A model generated the notes under the pieces. The model was not told the origin of the DNA and searched no databases. It was given only the letters and a program-made list of their open reading frames with translations. From positions 806,961-870,960 of the forward strand of contig NW_019091358.1 in NCBI RefSeq assembly GCF_001949145.1: 64,000 nucleotides of DNA, written 5' to 3'. This DNA is from Acanthaster planci. Taxonomy: Eukaryota. A program made the position numbers and the translations under genes. Below are positions 12,301 to 24,500 of this stretch, one piece after another; the first letter of the stretch is position 1; each line of letters opens with the position of its first letter.

Positions 12301-15300
12301 TACACGACCCCACGCCGCCAGAGTGGTTACCCAGTATCTCGAGGGTAATCACATTGAACTCCTATGGCCTGCCTTCAGTTCAGATTGAAGTCCCTTCGAG
12401 CTGGTGTGGGATGACCTCATCGCCGAATCGGGTCACGTCCACGTGGTGCCTCGAACAGCTTAAGAACTTGCCGCACTTGTGGCGCACTCTACTTCAGGTT
12501 ACCTTCAGGAGGCTGATTCAGTCCTTCATCGACGCATCCAAGCGTGACTGCAATGAAAGGGCATACACCATATTAACCAGCTTCAACTCGGTTTCCACGA
12601 TAATTTGAACATATTTAGTTCAAAATACTTACATTTGCGTTATTTTTTGGCCGAAGTGTACCTATTTATTGTTCCCCAAAACTGTGGTAATTGGTATCTT
12701 GGTAACTACCTTGCACACACAGACCCACTTTTTCTTCAGAATACATGTAAGTAAATAAAAATTTATGATATTATCAACTCGGTATCTTTATGTTCCAGCC
12801 AACCAAAAATGATCTTCCAGAAACAATTTCTTCAATGTTTTACACAAACAGAAATTTTCATAGTTTTCAACTCGACGAACCAATGACGTTAATTGCTGTC
12901 AGTGAGGACCCCCTCTGCAAATAAGACTGATAAATTTGAAGACCCTAAATTCTGGAATTCGCTTGCATTATCTGTTAGAGATTCGCCAACCATTTTTACA
13001 TTCAAATCAAAACTCAAGCGTTTTACCTATAGCAAATAATAATGTTTGTGACCTTGTTATCTTCATCAGTAAATATTTGTCATTAATTTGCTTTTCAGTT
13101 TCTTTTACTTATACATAATGCTCAGAATCACTGTATATATTATTTGATTGATCATTCCTAAATAATATCATTAATCTGATGGGCTTTTCTTTTTCCTCGT
13201 TTGATAATTACCATCAAGCCCGCAGCTCAGATTCATCGTTTTTGTCATGGTGTACTTCGTATAGGTAAACTCGTCTGAATCTAGAACCAATCGACTGCAG
13301 GTGTGTAAATTTTTACAACATGCAATCTCGTTTCACGTAATAAGCTCATGAATCGAAAACAACGTGCGTGAACAAGGGCACAGAACATACATGTATTGCC
13401 AGAAGTGAAGGGTAATTAATTTGAATTTCGTTTTGTACCCATCTCCGGTTTTCCAGAAATTACTTCAGGAACATAAAGGTTAAATGCCGACGTTAGTGTT
13501 TAAGGATAGTTTCAGTTAAGAATCATTCTTCCGAAAGTTACCGAAGGTGATAGGACGACCCCTTGTAAAATCCCCGTACTAGTAGGCAGACCACGCGAGG
13601 TTTCCGGAAGCTGGGCGTACACCGTGAGGCGCACAGAGCTTTCACAGTAGAGTACAGCGAACTCATTCAATTGAGAATTTCTGCCCAGCACATTAGTATT
13701 AAAAGTGCACCCCCCGCAATTTCTATTGAAACCCCAAATTGATAATATTGTTAAAATATTTGTCAGGATCACACTCCTGCCAGTGGGTTCTGGGGCCTTC
13801 CGTGCGATGGTATAATTGTGAAAATTAGGGTAGAAAAAGTGACCTAATTTCCCAATAAAGTAGAGGGAAGCCATTTGAAAAACGGCTGCGAGAAGGCTTG
13901 GGATTCCTCAGTTTTCGGGGGTGGTTTTATTTTGTGTACATAATTTTCTAAAATGTAATTTGCTTACCCACCAAAACTTGAAAAGAAAGATTAAGGGCAA
14001 AACTATAATTTGATTTTATTTGAGAAACCTCAGTGATGTTAGCTTACATGTTATTGAGCCGGAACTATGTTGATTTTACTGTTTTCAATGGGGTTTGAAT
14101 TTGTTCATTGCACCCTAAACAGCTCTGAATGCTTTGAGTACATGAATTTCGCTCTTTGCCGGGCGCTCACTACAAGCTGGGCGACGAGCGAATACACCGC
14201 TGATCTCCATTACGAATAATTATGAAGATTGTGGAACACACGAATGTGCTAGCGCCCTCAAGAGCGCCGAGCAGGAAGTTTCGGGAAGTCCGTTATACCG
14301 TGGCGTGCGGAAACAGGCTTGGCCGGCCGGGACGAGTCCGTCAAATAGTTTCCTTTTTTTAATTTGAAGTTACGGAAACGTTTTGTAATTCCAGTCTTAT
14401 CATCAGACATTTCTGGTAAGTAATTATATATGCACGCATAACCGTGATGGGTGTAGTCCACTAATTCAAGCCCCACTGAAAACTGTAAAGTAAGCATTGG
14501 GTCCAATGCTTAGGCCCCTCCTCTCCTTCCTTCATGGTTGGACCATGGAGGTAGATTCTACCTCCATGGTTGGACGTACCCTTCGTATTCCGTGGTATGG
14601 TCAGAGAGTCCACCTGGGCTAAGGCCCCTACCAACATCCCTGAGGTATCTGAAACACACGTTAAGTTATTTTATGGTCCCTAATCTTTCACTTTCTTTTC
14701 ATTTTTTTGTGGGTTAACTGGTGGCATTTTGAGTTATTCCCACAAAACAAAATTATGCCCCCGAAAATTTTCCGAAGTCTGCTTGCAGCCATTTTTCAAC
14801 CCTCAACTTTCTTGTGAAGTGGCGGCGGGGCCAAGTGGGATGGGGCGATGTGGTTAGTGGTGAAGTGGTTAAAGGCGATGTTGAAATTGGGCGAAGTGAC
14901 TGTAAAGCGTTTACTACGACGATTTACTCCCAGTTGTTTACCGATGCTTAACACAGTCAAAATCTGTTTGGTCAGAGCAAGGAGGTAGACCATGGTCTAA
15001 GAACCAGATGGTTATAAAGACAGTGATCCCAACTGCTGTGTATCATATCAGTGACTTTAAATTGTGTCAGTCATACTGAAGCCTTGTGTATGCGTGATCG
15101 CCATGAATGTGTCGGTAACAACAGGCGTTGAGTATTTTCATGGGTGGCCACCGGTGCATCTTTGTGTGGGGATTGGACGAGCGAAAGGTGTGTGTGCCAC
15201 ATGCCATGCATCTTCAGCATTGTCATGCTCTGGGGACCAACATAATAACAATGTCTGGTTCCCAGACCAAACAGGTCCTGACTGTGTTTAGCTTCAGTCA

Positions 15301-18068
15301 AACGATCGGGAGTTAATTGCTGTAGTAAACGAATGGCCGATGTGTGCAACAAAATCGAAACCTAAATTTGACGGTTAGAACAAACTGGAAATCGGCCATA
15401 TTAGTAAATCAATGATCTGATGCAGTGAGTCAGCCATATACGCAAAACGGATTCATAGAGGATGTTTTTGAGTAGTCTCTACTTTTTTGATGGACCGTTG
15501 TGGGGCCAAGGATATACATGGAGGCAGACCAGTAGACTAGCCCCCAGTCTGGGGCTAGGGTATGCCATGCCATGCCTTCTTGAACATGTTGAACAGTTAA
15601 AAAAAAGACCGATGTGAAGTTAGTTCCTTGTTCGACATATCGACATTCACTGTTGAATAAGTAATCGTTTGATATTCCAAAGCTGAATAAGTAACCGTTT
15701 GACATTCAGACTCTAGAAATGTTGGAGTGCAGAAGGGACAAAACACCAAACTGCACCAACGTACATATCCATTCACATCTCATCATTCTCCGTTTCAGCA
15801 AGGACTTCTTGCAACCTGGGGTCAAACAAGCCCTGAAATGTAGGTGGCGCAGTTAGTGTTTGTCCCTTGTGCACTTAATCATTTTCAGGGATGTGCATTC
15901 GGAGCGGTTATCGAATCTCAAATAGTTACTTATTCAACATTGGAATAAGCACCGTCGATGTATTGATATTAATGTTATGTGTTTGATATCGATATTGCCG
16001 ATGTTAGTTATTTGGTCATATCGGTATATCGAAAATATCACATTTTGGAGAAATATTAGAACTTGGAAAACATTGATATTGCAAAATGTACCGAAAATAT
16101 TGCTACTGAGGAACAAACTTTATTAAAAGTACGAGAGTGCATCGTCACATTACCGTAATTTTCGATATTCCACGGCTTATGTTAGTTCTCATGCTAAGTG
16201 AAGAATTCCCTGTAGCTTATACTCTGGGTGGTTTATACAGCGACATTTGAAGAATAAGTTCAGTCGCCTATCCCGCGCTCAATAATTTGGGTACTTTTTG
16301 CCTTGAAAATATCACAAAGTTTGTCCTCCAAAACAGAATTATTTGCTAACCAAACATACGTAGACTAGCAGCGTGCTGATGATATCGCTGTGCAGCATGT
16401 ATCCCATCCCGTGTAGGCAACGTACACAATACGGACGCTAGAACAAGTCGTCAAAGTGAATTGGATCACACCATTACGATGTATAGGGGTGTACCCTTTA
16501 GAACAATTTGCCGGTTATAATACCGTGAAAATTGAAATGAATAACATTTGATATATCAATAATATAAAAAACCAATATATTGGTATCGGCCAAAATACGA
16601 TATCAACGGTGCCTACGTCGGAATATCAAACAGTTACTTGTTCAACACTGAATGTCGAACGTCAAAAGGAGGAATAAGTACTCATACCACCAAAAAAGGC
16701 ATTACTCCGTAGGCCATATTGAATCCTAACTTGTGATGTGTTCCTTACGCTTTGAGAAAAAAAAAACCGCAATAACCCTCTGAGTTAAGTAGAAACTGCA
16801 CTTTCTCAATCAAATCTTCCCCTGAAAATCCATCAGCTGCACCGCGACCCCCCATCATATTCTCCCACATCGCACAGTTGACAAACTCATCATGTGACAT
16901 ACCAGTACAAATATCTTATGCCCATACACCGTACAGGTACATGTCCATGTCGTTTAATTTGCCATGCACGACCCTAAGAAAAAACCCGTGTTCAGCTTTC
17001 GGCAAGTTTTCAAACAATGGAGATACTAAAAATCATTGATGCAATGGACATTCAATGCAAGAGTTCATATGACTGTTGAGTATGGTGAAAGTTACTAGAA
17101 TCACATGTAGTGAGGTTCTTGCTTTTAAATTTTTTGTTAACTTGTTGGCTCCTGTGTTTTTGACAAACCCTCCAAACAAGTCAAAGTGTAAGTCGGAAAT
17201 CTGGTTGAAATTCCTTTTCCAGAAATTGTCTGAAAACAAAATTTGTGCAACAAGAGACTTGCATATTACTTGGTATTGAAATAAATACTAGAACAGTGTA
17301 TCTCAGCATGACTTTCCATGTGCAAAACCAAACCTGTCTGTTTTTATCCTTTACTTATGTTTTTGGCATTAGAAATATGAACATATTATGATGGAATAAA
17401 TCAGGCAGACGGGTCTGGCCCATTTTGAAAAATATCATATGTGTAGGTCACATTCATCAATAAAGGACATAAGTTTCCAAGTGTCATGTCAATTGTGGTC
17501 GGATAGGCTTGATATAAAACGTGGCTTGCAACTGGAGACTTACATGAAAATGGTGTTCAACTTGACTTGACCTGTCAGCTGTGGGGAAAAACTTGGGCTT
17601 GACCTGTAGACACACGACTGTGGGCTTGACCAGTGCAAAAAACGACTTGGCTGCAGCACTTGACTAAAGCCACCTGTTCTTTCCTCCTCAGAAACCTGCG
17701 TTGTATCAGCACCAGCGCCTTGCAACAGAGGCACCGATGATCACCATCATCCTCAGCATCGTCCACCATCAGCCAGCATGAACAGTGTCATCTCAGACAA
17801 GGGCCTCTCCTGGCTAGCCTCCAAGATGGGCTCAGACTGGGAGCAGGTCGGCATGCAGTGCTTTGGGATGTCTAAGAACGATATCTTCCAGTGCAAAGCG
17901 GACAACCCCCATTCGGTACAGAATCAGATCTTCAGCATGCTGCACAAGTGGAAATGCCGTAGTGGGTATAAGGCAACCTACGCCCAGCTGCTTAACATGT
18001 TGGCTGAATTCCCTGACTTTGACAAGACAATTTTGGAGGAAATGCATGAAAAAATACCTTCATTTTGA
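9045..18068 (+). CDS. FADD: FADD-like death-effector-domain + death-domain adaptor, join(9045..9324,17692..18068), ~218 aa
   Basis: Exon 1 encodes a DED-like sequence (LLDKISRALTDEDV..SVLELLQLLDRRRVIAPGKYDHLVLLLTDIDRGDL) with the RxDL motif. Exon 2 encodes a death domain (LSWLASKMGSDWEQVG..FGMSKNDI..CKADNPHSVQNQIFSMLHKWK..ATYAQLLNML). A phase-1 donor (9324/GTAATG, alternative 9315/GTGAAC) joins in frame to acceptor ttcctcctcag/17692. The DED-DD order and two-exon layout match vertebrate FADD. Confidence 0.85.
10833..12660 (+). mobile_element. Degenerate Tc1/mariner DNA transposon in the FADD intron, interrupted by an unrelated ~0.75 kb segment
   Basis: Frameshifted transposase remnants: HTH/linker RPRVVTPSQDRYII (~11245-11290), GGLSILVWAGI (~12125-12160), YWDEILEPVVRPFL..LFQHDNTRPHAARVV..WPAFSSD*SPFELVWDDL (~12220-12420). 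Degenerate TIRs CATACTTGGCTACAAAAGTAACGCAA and TTGCGTTATTTTTGGCCGAAGTG-TA. Confidence 0.85.
15633..16663. mobile_element. Nested non-autonomous inverted-repeat elements
   Basis: cgacattcactgttgaataagtaa.cgtttgatattcc (~15640-15678) is inverse to gaatatcaaacagttacttgttcaacactgaatgtcg (~16621-16657); inner IR gcaccgtcgat / atcaacggtgc. Confidence 0.55.
17692..18068 (+). CDS. FADD: FADD coding exon 2 (linker + death domain, stop TGA)
   Basis: Polypyrimidine acceptor ending 17691; open frame E-TCVVSAPAPCNRG.. runs into ORF 17778..18068. Confidence 0.85.
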
Positions 18069-21000
18069 ATTCTGCATTTGGCAGATCCCTGGCAAATCAT
18101 CTGGAGGAGAAATGGTCTACATTTTATGTACATGTGGAATTGACGGCCGACCCCCTTTGGCTGGGTGAAATTTTGGTTTATGCAAGCCGCACTGAATTTG
18201 AAGAAGAAAAGGAAAGATTCAAATTGCTTGAAACTGTGACCAGTCATCCACCTTGTCGTCCTGAAAACTTAAATCAGTGATGAGTCTTCCAAGGAAGATA
18301 ATGTTGAAAGTATAGTTAGTGAATCATGAATGATAGTAACTGTTTTTGCATTTGTGATACTGTTGTCGCTCATACACATAAATCATGGTGTTCTTTTCAC
18401 ATTCAAGACGTTTGCTATTGCTATTGTTACAAGATATCTCCAGTCATCCACATCTACATGTATTGTGTCCATTCATGAGTGCCATCAGTAGTGTAACGCT
18501 AGGGGTTAGGGTTCAGGATTCAACCCCCCCCCCGCGCAAAAATTATTAAAGAAAAAGAAAGTAAAGGAGCCAATGTATTATTTGTGAGTTTAATGTTGCC
18601 AATGTGTTTGAGAGAAATGCTGCAAATGGTCTTAAAATGTAGCCTTGTAGATTGATAGGTGTATTTCAACAGCACTGTACAAAATAAGGCACTTCATAGC
18701 ATGTGTGCAAAGCTGACCCAATCAGTGCATCGATTTACACACACTGACACACAGGTTTGAGCTGGTGTGACATCAGGTGCTTTGTTGATCTTGTTTTTTT
18801 GGAAATTCCACACTGGCTCATTTCCCCTAACCCCACCCCAGGAGGCTTAACCCGAACTTATATGAATTGTCAAACCCCTACCCCTAGGAGCAATATTTGA
18901 AATTGTCCATTGCCAAGTGAACTTGGACTTGTGAAATGAGACCAAATCTGAACATCAGACCTTGGACACTAGGTAAAGGATGGATTGGTAAAACATATTT
19001 TCTCGTCCAATTAAAACAATTCTCGATAATTACCGCCAACCCCAGGGAAACCATTTTTCACCTCTCTACTGATACATGTTGTTAGGCCAAACTAAAAGTA
19101 GTTGTGTTCTTGTTAACCTCCCCCCACCCTAGACAGTCACGTAGAACTATATCTTTTTATTCGATATATTAGTAAGAAATAAAAGCATGGAATGCCGACC
19201 GAAAGCAGAACTGTGCGTAAATCATCAAGTATTTTTCATTCTTTCAATTTTTAAGACCGTTGGCTTAAAGGAATAGCTTGCTGTCGGGTATTAAAGTTCT
19301 GATACAAAATGTCTTGTTAGTAGCATAACTGGGAATTTGGGAAAGGGGGATTTGGGAGCTATATCAGGATCCTGACAAGCCAAATTGAGACGGCAGATAA
19401 ATTACTAATGGCACGGCGAAAAGGTGTAAAAATAACGCACATCTGGGATGGTGCAAATAGATGTACAATCTTGAATGTTGAAAAGAAAACTGTTACCATC
19501 TCAATTCTTACAGTGCCACAGCAAGAATTCGTGATTAATGTAAAGGAAAGAGAAATTCCATTCTGTATTAAAAGTGAGAAACTTGAACTATAATGTTAAC
19601 TGTGACTTGCTTGCCAGCTATATAATTCATCTTGCTAAGTTGAAATCTCGACCCCGCTTTCTCGGCCAGGCGGCAAGTCCTGGTAAGTTATCTCAATTTC
19701 AGTAAGTGGACTTGGCGACAAAATTAACCACAGCAATTTGTCCTAGAATTTACTTCAAGTTACCGACTTGCCTTAGCGTTTTTACTTAGGGCTTTTGCTT
19801 TTAAGTTAGCATGACTTCTACTTGGTAACTTTATTCTGTGCAACATCCTCTTCCCCTGTAAGGTAAGAGAAATATCTGACTTTTTTGGACAACATCATCG
19901 GAAAGTGTGCTTAAAAACACTGTTTTGTTAACATGCTTTTTTCTGACAAATAGGGGCACAACTGCTGTGATGTCACTACAGGAAGACAGCAAAACATCTA
20001 AATTCTGAGACGGGGGGGGGAATCGATCCCCACCCCTTTAAATACGCCCCTACTGACTAGCGCAATGACTCCACTCATTAACCATGGAGGAAGGAACGCA
20101 TGCATTAACCCTCTTGACCCATGGAAGTAGGAAACGACTGCCCCCGTGCTTAAATCGATTAAATCGACACGACTTGTTACAAAATTTAGCGACTCGATCT
20201 TGACGAATGAATTTCACGTGAGGATTCCCGGTGCCATGATTATGTGTACATGATGATAGGGTCATTGTTGAAGAAGTTTTCATTTGTATATTAAAAAAAT
20301 CTAAAGGCACAGTAGGTGCCGCCGCCTACCGCTACGGGCATATTTGAAAAATTCGAGGGCCTAACAAAATTGAGGGCCTACTTCTTTAGAAAAGTTTCAT
20401 CGTTCGGAAGCCTCAAACTATGTTATGAAGCTCATAGTTTCCTCCTGAAACCAATACAAAATTTGCGGCCTCTGAAGCAGTTCTGGCTTTTGCCCTTTTA
20501 AGCAAGTTTGTCAAGAGTCAGAAGTTTTAGTGTTTTTTTTTTTTACTCTGGCCCGACAAAATCATTTTCCTAACAGGGTTTGCGCGCTCATGATCGATCA
20601 GGTCATGCCAAGCAGAACCAAAGCGCCAGGTTTTTCAAATTTCGGCTTCGTTTTGTTGTCGGCGTCGAAAATGGCTTGCAGAAAGATCTTTCCATATTTT
20701 TGTCATTATCATACAGCTTGATGATTTTCTACCAAACAGTGACTGCTATTGTGCAAAACGCTCTGAAGTTGCGAGGAGGTAAAAATATAGAGCTGTGTAT
20801 ATAGCTGAACTCAATGGCTATAAAACTGGCAATCCATCACAAAGTCAAAGTCGAGATTCGGAAACTCACCACATTGCCTGAACATCCGGGATTTCGTGAT
20901 TTGCTGCATCCGAATCACTTGGCTGCGGCTTGAAGTAATACATGACTCTGCGGGAACCGTTTGAAGCCATTACCGTAGACTCGCGCGTAATGTCTAGCCG

Positions 21001-21359
21001 CAGCCTTATTTCGTTACACGCTGCTGATCATATCCCTTGCGCACGCTCGCTCGCGAGGCCTCAGGATCGGGGATGGGAAGGGAAGGTACTTTCATGACTG
21101 GTATCCTGCAATTGCAGTCAATTCTGCTGCCAGCTTGCCAGCCTTGCCTAATAAATACGGTCGTTAACCAACGAAGTTTTGTTATTTCGACATCGCGTTG
21201 TTGGCTCGTCATCCATATGCTATGAATTTGATGAACACAGCCGATTGTGAGTGAAAATCCCTTCAATTTTGCGTAAATACTTGATTCTTCTCGTAAAAGC
21301 TATCAAGATGATGTACATTTAATGTTCTTAATGACAATCATGTTGTATTTTTACTGCAG

Positions 21360-21580
21360 AAATAAGTGAAACACCTTTTCTTTCGCGTGAGACTTCGATG
21401 AGAATTTCGGGTTCAGGCAAAACGTGGCTGCGCTGAGCCAGACTGAAGGGAAACATCGCAGTTCACCTTTCTAGCAATAAGGAACCTCCAAGCCCAGCAG
21501 TGCAGTGACTTGAGCGCTGTCTTCTTATCTAAATCGTTGAAAAAATTCAAAAGTGTTTATGTCTTTTTGCAGTTGTTACG
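21360..21580 (+). other. EIF5: Probable eIF5 5'-UTR exon carrying uAUG1
   Basis: Acceptor tttttactgcag ending 21359 and strong donor ACG/GTGAGT at 21580. Splicing to acceptor cccacag/26738 keeps uAUG 21559 in frame with uAUG 26833. Confidence 0.65.
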
Positions 21581-24500
21581 GTGAGTATTAAAATACATTT
21601 TGCCAGACGATGGTACCACAAAGTGGTTTAGGCTATATTAATAAATAATTTTTTAGGATAACTCCAGTCCCCTTTGAGTTGTTGAGATGTTAGGCCTTAT
21701 AAAGAACTTCGACAAATGACATTTGACTGGCCGACTGTATTATGACCTGTCAACATTTCCTTTTTTTGAATGAAAGAAACACTTAGATTTTAAATGCTTT
21801 TGTGCATACACAAAACTTTCTTCCTGCTGCTTTTGTTCGATTCCTTATCCACAGTTCTGCTGAATCACTGAGGAAATTCATATAGTTCAGGCAAATTTAA
21901 ATTGAAAGTAATTTTGAACCTTAGTTTGAATGACTACGGCATATTTCTTGGTATCAAAAACTAAACTGGTTCTCTGACTCTTTGGGTTTATGGAGCACAT
22001 TCAGTGCTTTGGATATCAGTTAATAATAAAGAGGCCGATCAATTTGTGCGTGATCACTACTTAACGCACGTGTGGAGTCTCAGTACAGCTGGTGTATTAC
22101 ACAGTCCGCTCTCGCTTCATCGTCAGTTCCGACATTAAGTAATTTTCATTCATATTTTATTTCATATTGTTTTATTTGATAAAAATACTCCTGACTCAAA
22201 CAGTAAGCACTGTCATTTCTGCACAAAAGTCATTTAGGGCGACTGGGTGTCAGATACAGTCATGTAAGTGTACATCAACAGTGCTTCCACCTCAGAAGAC
22301 AAAATTCCTTCGGTCTCTTGTTCATGGGTTTGGTACAGTAATTTTCAAAATTAGATCAGAAATAAGAATTCCAATGAATTAAAAAGTAGACATTGCATAA
22401 ATTTTGAGTCAACTTTGAACTGTACAGTGAGCTATCAACGGTACCCTCCCTGCGCCGCACAGTTGACGAACCCTTTACATCACATACATTTCTGCTATGC
22501 CCGTGTAGTTGAGTTGAACGAATTTGCGTGGTAAGACCGCGTGATCCGAAAGTAGGGGGAAAGGCTTTCAGTTTTCGGTCAATTAACAAAAAAGGGAAAC
22601 TCAAAAGTCATTTTGATTAAACAGACATTAGATGCAAAGTTTATATGACTGTTCAATACAAAAAAATATTTGAAATCACTAGTAGTGAGTGACCTGTCAC
22701 CCCGTGAATTTTTGTCGTTTTTCCGCTCGCGTGAAGTAGGAAATATCCGGAACTAGGAAAACGTCTGCTGTGCAACGGGTGGAGTGGATAAGAAAAGTAC
22801 AGTGTAGCTGTCGATCTCTGAACTGAAGTTTCATGTGTGACCACGGGACTGGGTTTTCAGTGGCACGGTGATTTTTTTAAAGCAGTTCAGCCCTTCAGTA
22901 TGAAATTTCACAGACATTTATACATGAATTTTTGTTCCTAATTTATTTCAATTTTTTTGGGGGGGTATCCGGCCCGAAAAAATGGAACCGAGTTTTGATT
23001 TCGACAGGCACAGGCGTACTTATTTTCATGGTAAAAATTTATGCAGTTTTACACGACATACATGTAATATTCTGTAAATGTGCACTTGCTTGCCGAAAAG
23101 GGTCTGGGATAGATGTCAGAGTAAGCAGTGTCTGTCACGCCATGCTGAAACGATAGTGGACCTTGTCACTAAAAGTACGTCGGTGTGTGACTTTTTACTC
23201 GACACTTCATTGCCAACCACAATGCAGAAGTCGATGCCAATACAAGATTTTTTTAAACACCAACTCACACAAAGGATTTTGTTGTGCTGTTTGTGGAAGT
23301 GGGGTGGACTGAGAGCCCCATGCCTACAAATTTTGAGAAGTTTTGGCGGGGGAAACTAGATTAGGCCAATTTCCATATACAGTCGAACCTCGTTAATAAG
23401 AGGTCCTTGGGACTTTACATATTACGCTATTATAACAGGAACCTTGTATTATCAGGAGTAGAAAACAGTGAAAAACAAAGACTTGGGACCTAAACTTTTC
23501 CTTGCATTGACAGTGCTCTTCTTATTTAGGTTTGAGTGTATCCTGGTTATCACTGCCTTTCCTTTGCGGTACCACCTGGAATATGTTTTATTCACTTTTG
23601 ACTGACTTTACCTCTTGATTGGTGTGGGTGGGGGAGTTTGACTTCCTTTGCAGGGAGGGCAGCGTTGCTGCTATTTCTAGGCTTCCACTTTCCAGAATGC
23701 ACTTGGTGATTTCTTCGTAGGAAGTTGCCATTTGCGGAACTGGCACCAGTCCTTGATTCTGTGACATTGCAAAACCGGCAGCATTAATTCACGTGTCAAA
23801 TCCATGATGTCATTTGAAATAACACGCATGTATTGTCAGTAGCCACTGGAAAGCCTAAGGGGTAAAGTTGCTTCCATTGATGACTGTCTTCTGGTGCGTC
23901 ATGGCCTTCGAGGTTTCTTAGTGTCAAAACTGAATTAAAGCTAAAGGTTGTATTTCCAATGTTATCAATGGGGGGGGACCCGTTTGTGGGGTTATGTGAC
24001 CCCTGGATTGAAGCAGTGTATTACTGGAAAGCATGAACAGTACCTTAGCTTGTATTTTACAGTGATGTTTTTCCGTGGTCAGTGCACATGTAGTTCTGTT
24101 GTACTAACCCTTTAAAGTTAAATTACATTTTGTTTAAACATGCCATAGAGGCTTAATTCACAACAAAACCAGTTTTCAGATCTGAAAAAAGTAACTTTTT
24201 AAACGAAATATAATTTCCATTTGGGTGGAAATTCCAGATGTACGGATTGGAGTGGAACCAACAGTTTTTAAGTGTGGGGCATACATGTAAGTTGTACAAT
24301 GTATGTGCATGGCAGTATATGTGTGTTGGTATCAGTGGGTCTGCTGTCTGAACTGGTGCTGACACTTCCAACAAATTCTTGGCAAAAAACTGAACATACC
24401 GGTACATGCAGACCACAGCACGTATGCATCTTGAGTACTCTCCTACATTTTCTAGACACAGGGCTCTGATTATGGGCACACACACATAACCCATGCTGTA

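Noticed and set aside
18063..18280. Frameshift extension of FADD at TTT-TGA, or a second death-domain-like ORF (RSLANHLEEKW)
   Set aside because: The death domain is already complete, the similarity is only a few residues, and no stimulatory signal or compatible splice phase was found
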